A DNA stretch of 64,000 bases from Acetobacteraceae bacterium UBA6159. GTDB lineage: Bacteria; Pseudomonadota; Alphaproteobacteria; Acetobacterales; Acetobacteraceae. Location: NCBI GenBank assembly GCA_002422345.1, contig DIUL01000142.1, positions 78,064-142,063 of the forward strand. Direction: 5' to 3'. The notes under the pieces are model-generated. The model saw only the letters and a program-made list of their open reading frames with translations. It was not told the DNA's origin and searched no databases. The position numbers and the translations under genes were made by a program. Below are positions 59,580 through 64,000 of the stretch, one piece after another. Each line of letters opens with the position of its first letter. Within the stretch, counting starts at the first letter, position 1.

Positions 59580-59635
59580 GACGCCTTTCCGAGTTCAGGT
59601 CACGGCGGCGGCTCCGAACGCCGCGATGGGCGAGA

Positions 59636-59893
59636 TCAGCGCGGCAGCAGCATGTCGGCGATGATGCGGACCAGTTCGACGTAGCTCCGCATCAGGAACC
59701 CGATAGCGGCCCCGGCGGCGATGCCGGCGGCCAGCCAGCCGGGCTGCCCGGTGGCGATCATTCCCCACAGCCCGGCCAGAGCGGGCACGACGCCGAAGAC
59801 GATCGCGATCGTGTTGCCATGCCGGCGCAGCAGGCGTACCGCGGGGTATGGGGCGTCGGCGCTTTCCGGTTCGGGATACCCCTGGTCGGACAT
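59636..59893 (-). CDS. small two-TM membrane protein
   Basis: YPAV..L...G, two hydrophobic helices, SYVELVRIIADMLLPR; last gene of a tightly packed minus-strand trio. Confidence 0.7.
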   Translation of the reverse strand: MSDQGYPEPESADAPYPAVRLLRRHGNTIAIVFGVVPALAGLWGMIATGQPGWLAAGIAAGAAIGFLMRSYVELVRIIADMLLPR

Positions 59894-59896
59894 GGA

Positions 59897-60403
59897 TCAG
59901 GCCGCGACCAGCCGGGGTGTCAGCGGCAGGCAGACCCGCACGCCGGGCAGGCGGGCCAGGGGTTCCGCCTCGGCGCGTCGGGAAACCACCGCGAAGCCGC
60001 GGCGGACAATGCTGCGATCAAGCCCCACCGGTTCGGTCCATTGCACGGGGAGGGGTACGTTCGCTCCGTGCTCGACCACCACCAGCGCGCCGCCCATCGG
60101 CACCTCGGGCGTCTGGTCGATGCCGGACAGGACATTGCGGTGCCAGTTGTTCATCCGGTCCTTCCAGACGCCGGTGCCGCCGGGGCCCGCCTTGGCACGG
60201 TAGGCGTCGGAGGTGAACACATCCGGCCCGGTGACCTGGTGCAGCGCCACGAACGGAGAGGCATGGGGTGTCAGGCTCTCGAACCGCTGGGTTGCGCGGA
60301 TGCCGGGGATCGAGATCAGCATCTTCATATGGGACAGGTACCAGGCATCCCACTCGACCCGGCGGGAGAGGTCGATCAGCGCCATTTCGACCATGTAGAT
60401 CAT
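59897..60403 (-). CDS. hypothetical protein (EthD-like dimeric alpha/beta barrel N-terminus)
   Basis: W.AWY..H....SIPG...QRF and VFTSDAY pattern; ATGA overlap with the upstream flavoprotein. Confidence 0.65.
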   Translation of the reverse strand: MIYMVEMALIDLSRRVEWDAWYLSHMKMLISIPGIRATQRFESLTPHASPFVALHQVTGPDVFTSDAYRAKAGPGGTGVWKDRMNNWHRNVLSGIDQTPEVPMGGALVVVEHGANVPLPVQWTEPVGLDRSIVRRGFAVVSRRAEAEPLARLPGVRVCLPLTPRLVAA

Positions 60404-61809
60404 CGCGGCATGTCCTTGCAGAAGGTTGCGGCGTGCTCCGCCGCCCGGAAACCGAAGACGGCGGCCTTGGACAGGCCCCCTGTGTAGCCGATCGAGGGGC
60501 CGCCCTCGATGCCGCCCGTGGTGGCCCCGGCGGCATAGAGGCCGGGGATGACCGCCCCGCTCTCGTGCCGGACGCGGGCGTCGGCGTCGATCAGGATGCC
60601 GCCCATCGTGTAGGTGATGCCGGCGCAGGCGGGGATGGCGAAGAAGGGTCCAGTGGCGATCGGCATGGCCTTGTAGCGGTCAGTGGCGCGCGGCGGGTCG
60701 AGGTCGCCCAGCCGGCCGGCGGCGCAGGCGGCGTTGTAGGCGGCGACGGTGCGGGCCAGGCCGTCGGGGTCGATCCCGGCGATCGCTGCCAGGGCGGCCA
60801 GCGTATCGGCCCGATGCACGGTGCCACCGGCGCGGACCAGTTCCGGATTGGCGGGGATGCGCGCCGACTTCCCCGGCCCGTTCCAGATCGCGCTGTCGAA
60901 GACCAGCGTGGCGGACAGCGGCGCCGCCGACCGGGCCAGCATGTTGGCCATGTGGATGCCGCCCAGGCCCTCGTTCATCGGGCGGACCCCGGCTTCGTTC
61001 ACCACGATCCCGGCGGAGGCAATGCCGTCCAGCTCCGGATAAGGCCAGACCCGGTCATTGACCATCGAGTCGCGGGACAGCAGGTGGCCGTAGAAGCTTT
61101 CCAGCCCGGTGATCGCCGCACCCACGTCGCGCGCCATCCGCAGCCCGTCGCCGACGCCGGTGGACGCGCCGCGCTGCTTCACCTGCTCGGGCACCTGCAT
61201 GATGTGGTCGCGCAGCATGCCGACATTGCCCTGGAACCCGCCATCGGCGAGCACGACGGCGTGGGCGGTGATGCGCGTGCCGTCATCGGCCTCGATCCCG
61301 GCGCAGCGTCCATCCTCCATGATCAGCCGGCTGGCGCGGACGCCGAGGCGGAGCGTGCCGCCGCGTTTGCGCAACTGATCGCCCAGCAGTCGGAGCATGA
61401 CGTCGGGGCCTCGGCCCTGCCAGTCTAGGCCGGCGACGAGCGGCCGCGGTGGGGCCATCATCCAGTTCTGCCAGGCAACGGCGCCGGCGCGGATGAAGCG
61501 GCCGCCCTGGGCGCGCAGCCAGTCGATGACGCGGGGCGTCTCGGACACCAGGACCTCCCCCAAGGCGGGATCGGTATGGCCGAAGGTGTTGCGGGCGATG
61601 CCGGCGCGGATGGCGTCCGGCGGCTCCTTCGGGTCGACATAGCCGACATGGATGATCCCACCGGACCAGCGGGTGTTGCAGGGGTAGCGCGGGTCGGAGC
61701 CCTTCTCCAGCACCAGCACGCGCAGGCCGCGTTCGGCGGCGCGGGTTCCGGCGACAAGTCCGGCCAGGCCGCCCCCCACCACGACAAGATCGAATTCTAC
61801 CGTGTGCAT
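60400..61809 (-). CDS. FAD-dependent oxidoreductase (fumarate reductase/TcuA/KstD flavoprotein family)
   Basis: DLVVVGGGLAGL, VLEKG, VVLADGGFQGN, GDGL.MA, ITYTMGG, PGLYAAG, GGLSKA..FG. Confidence 0.88.
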   Translation of the reverse strand: MHTVEFDLVVVGGGLAGLVAGTRAAERGLRVLVLEKGSDPRYPCNTRWSGGIIHVGYVDPKEPPDAIRAGIARNTFGHTDPALGEVLVSETPRVIDWLRAQGGRFIRAGAVAWQNWMMAPPRPLVAGLDWQGRGPDVMLRLLGDQLRKRGGTLRLGVRASRLIMEDGRCAGIEADDGTRITAHAVVLADGGFQGNVGMLRDHIMQVPEQVKQRGASTGVGDGLRMARDVGAAITGLESFYGHLLSRDSMVNDRVWPYPELDGIASAGIVVNEAGVRPMNEGLGGIHMANMLARSAAPLSATLVFDSAIWNGPGKSARIPANPELVRAGGTVHRADTLAALAAIAGIDPDGLARTVAAYNAACAAGRLGDLDPPRATDRYKAMPIATGPFFAIPACAGITYTMGGILIDADARVRHESGAVIPGLYAAGATTGGIEGGPSIGYTGGLSKAAVFGFRAAEHAATFCKDMPR

Positions 61810-61958
61810 CGCGGTCTTTGCCCCGTTCGTCCGGCATGGATGCCGGCGGCCCGGGGTGTTGTCAACGAAGCCGGTTCGCGGTTTCGGGGCCTGCGCCTGT
61901 CGCCACCCGCCGCGGTGTCCATTATCCTGTCGCAAAACCGACCAAGGACCGACCTGCG

Positions 61959-63182
61959 ATGACCGAGCCCGCCACGACCAGCCCGAACGGACCGCTGCCA
62001 ACCGGCCCCCTCAAGGGCTTCCGTATCCTCGATCTGACCACCGTGCTGTTCGGGCCGTTCGGCACGCAGACCCTGGGCGACTGGGGGGCCGAGATCATCA
62101 AGGTGGAAACCCTGACCGGCGACACCTGGCGTAACTCCGGCCAGTTCCGCAACCGCGGCATGAGCGGGCAGTTCATGGCGGTGAACCGCAACAAGCGGAG
62201 CATCGCGCTCGACCTGAAGAATGAAGACGCGAAGGAGGTGCTGCGCCGCCTGATCCCCACCGTCGACGCGCTGGTCAGCAATATCCGCCCCGCCGGCCTC
62301 GCCCGCTTGGGTTTCAGCTACGAGGTCTGCAAGGAACTCAACCCGAAGCTGATCTATGCCGTCGCCACCGGCTTCGGCCAGGACGGTCCCTGGCGCGCCC
62401 GCCCGGCCTTTGATGAGATCATCCAGGCGGCCTCGGGCTTCGCGTCCGCCATGGGCACGGATGAGGAGCCCGCCTTTGTCCCCAGCCTGATCGGCGACAA
62501 GCTCTGCGGCATGGCGCTGACCTCGGCGGTGACGGCGGCCTTGCTGCACCGGGAGCGCACGGGCGAAGGCCAGATGGTCGAGGTACCCATGCTGGAGACC
62601 CTGGCGGCGTTCAACAGCATCGAGATGTTCGGCGGCCTGGCCTTCGTTCCGCCGATCGGGCCGTCCGGCTACAACCGGATGAAGGCGCGCCGGCCGGTGC
62701 GGACCCAGGATGGCTGGCTGACCATGCTGCCCTACTCGGGCGATAACTGGTGCGCGTTCTTCGAGGCGGTCGGCCATCCGGAATGCATCGAGGAATTCTC
62801 GGTCCGCGATCCGGTCCAGCGCGCCCGCAACATCGACCGCATCTATGACAGGATGCGGGAAATCGCGCCGACTCGGACCACGAAGGCGTGGGAGGAGCTG
62901 CTCCTGTCGATCGACGTGCCGCACACGGCCTTCGCCAAGCTGACCGAGATCGCCGAACAGCCGCATCTGAAGGCGGTCGGCATGTTCCCCGAAATCGACC
63001 ATCCGACCGAGGGCAAGATCATGCAGGCCCGCCCGCCGGCTCGGTTCTCGGCCAGCCCCGCCGGCATCCATCGCCTGCCGCCGCTGCTCGGCCAGCACAC
63101 GCGGGAAATCCTGAAAGAGGCCGGCTATGACGAGGCCGGCATTGATGGCCTGTTGGAGAAGAAGGCCGTCGGCGCGCGGTAA
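61959..63182 (+). CDS. family III CoA-transferase (CaiB/BaiF)
   Basis: GPLKGFRILDLT, LGD.GAEIIKVE, NRNKRSIALDLK, RPAFD..IQA.SG, PLLGQHT.EIL. Confidence 0.93.
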   Translation: MTEPATTSPNGPLPTGPLKGFRILDLTTVLFGPFGTQTLGDWGAEIIKVETLTGDTWRNSGQFRNRGMSGQFMAVNRNKRSIALDLKNEDAKEVLRRLIPTVDALVSNIRPAGLARLGFSYEVCKELNPKLIYAVATGFGQDGPWRARPAFDEIIQAASGFASAMGTDEEPAFVPSLIGDKLCGMALTSAVTAALLHRERTGEGQMVEVPMLETLAAFNSIEMFGGLAFVPPIGPSGYNRMKARRPVRTQDGWLTMLPYSGDNWCAFFEAVGHPECIEEFSVRDPVQRARNIDRIYDRMREIAPTRTTKAWEELLLSIDVPHTAFAKLTEIAEQPHLKAVGMFPEIDHPTEGKIMQARPPARFSASPAGIHRLPPLLGQHTREILKEAGYDEAGIDGLLEKKAVGAR

Positions 63183-63185
63183 CGG

Positions 63186-64000
63186 TCAGTCCGGCTTCAC
63201 CTGCATCCGCGGGTTCAGCCCGCGGGGCAGGGCGGCTGAAATGACCAACGTCACGACCGCCAGGATCGTGGCCAGGACATAGGTGTTGCGGAGAGACTCC
63301 GCGAGGATGGCGGTCAGGCGGAGCACCTCCTCCGGCGCGATCGTCGCGCGGATGACGGGATCGAGCATCCCGTCCACCGCCCCCGCCGCCGCCGGATCGA
63401 GCGCCCGCATCGTCACGTTCAGCACCGCCCCGCACCCCGCCGCGCCCACCGCCTGGCCGACGAAGCGGAGGAACATGCTCGATGACGTCGCCGCACCCCG
63501 CTGCCGCCATGGGACGGATGCTTGGATCGAGACGATGAACACCGTGTTGCAGAACCCCATCCCGATCCCGATGACAAAGGACCCGACACTGGCCCAGAGC
63601 GGCCCGTGGTCGGGGCGCAGCAGGACCAGCATCAGCCCGCCGGCGATCAGAGACGCCGACCCCAGCATGGCCACCGACCGGTAGCTGGTGCGGGCCATCA
63701 GGCGGCCGGCAAACAGGCTGGCCAGCGCCCAACTGACCGACATCGCCCCCAGTACCAGCCCGCCCGACAGTGCCGTGTGGCCCATCGCCCCCTGCACATA
63801 GGCGGGGAGGAAGGCCGAGACCCCCATCATCACCGCCCCGGCGAAGCAGCTTCCCAGGCTGCCCACGACGACCAGCCGGTTGGTCCGCCAAAGCTCCAGC
63901 GGCAGCATGGGTTCAGCAGTTGATCGTTCGTGAAGGAACAGCGCCACCAGCGCGGCGACACCCACGCCGACCAGCCCAGTCACCGCCAGCGCGCCGAGCT
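63186..64000 (-). CDS. MFS transporter (14-TM type), 5'-truncated by the window edge
   Basis: E....EPMLPL.LW, FLP.YVQG..G, IQASVPW.QRGAATS...F.R..GQ..G; multiple TM helices. Confidence 0.85.
   Translation of the reverse strand, partial: LGALAVTGLVGVGVAALVALFLHERSTAEPMLPLELWRTNRLVVVGSLGSCFAGAVMMGVSAFLPAYVQGAMGHTALSGGLVLGAMSVSWALASLFAGRLMARTSYRSVAMLGSASLIAGGLMLVLLRPDHGPLWASVGSFVIGIGMGFCNTVFIVSIQASVPWRQRGAATSSSMFLRFVGQAVGAAGCGAVLNVTMRALDPAAAGAVDGMLDPVIRATIAPEEVLRLTAILAESLRNTYVLATILAVVTLVISAALPRGLNPRMQVKPD

Noticed and set aside
61830..61890. Short inverted repeats in the divergent flavoprotein/CoA-transferase spacer
   Set aside because: 7-8 bp GC-rich stems are expected by chance, and there is no regulator to link them to.

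Overview
High-GC window, probably from an alphaproteobacterium (inferred from gene content and palindromic repeat types, not proven). Bases 1 to about 32.6 kb are the 3' part of a trans-AT (AT-less) type I PKS cluster. It contains the tail of one megasynthase (KS-DH-KR-cMT-ACP), an interposed 2,4-dienoyl-CoA-reductase-like SDR, and a 4284-aa PKS (KS-cMT-ACP / KS-KR-ACP / KS-ACP-ACP-pseudoACP / KS-ACP-TE-ACP). These are followed by a beta-branching cassette (KS0, HMGS, ECH1, ECH2) whose donor ACP is fused behind the TE, a P450, a methyltransferase and a PfaD-type enoyl reductase. Next come a four-gene unit (PPTase, ABC1/UbiB kinase, a basic small protein, a poly-Asp small protein), an acyl-hydrolase-like AT, a malonyl AT and an MDR reductase. 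A tripartite RND pump flanks the cluster. The rest of the window has envelope genes and a frameshifted, roughly 1900-aa Gly/Ala-repeat Ig/RTX surface protein. That gene lies divergent from a TIGR03032-like gene, a double TPR-glycosyltransferase/DUF5672-like gene and an avidin-like gene. SDR, MFS and catabolic redox genes close the window. No rRNA, tRNA, CRISPR array or transposase was recognised. All family calls come from motif recognition by eye, not database searches, and domain coordinates are approximate.
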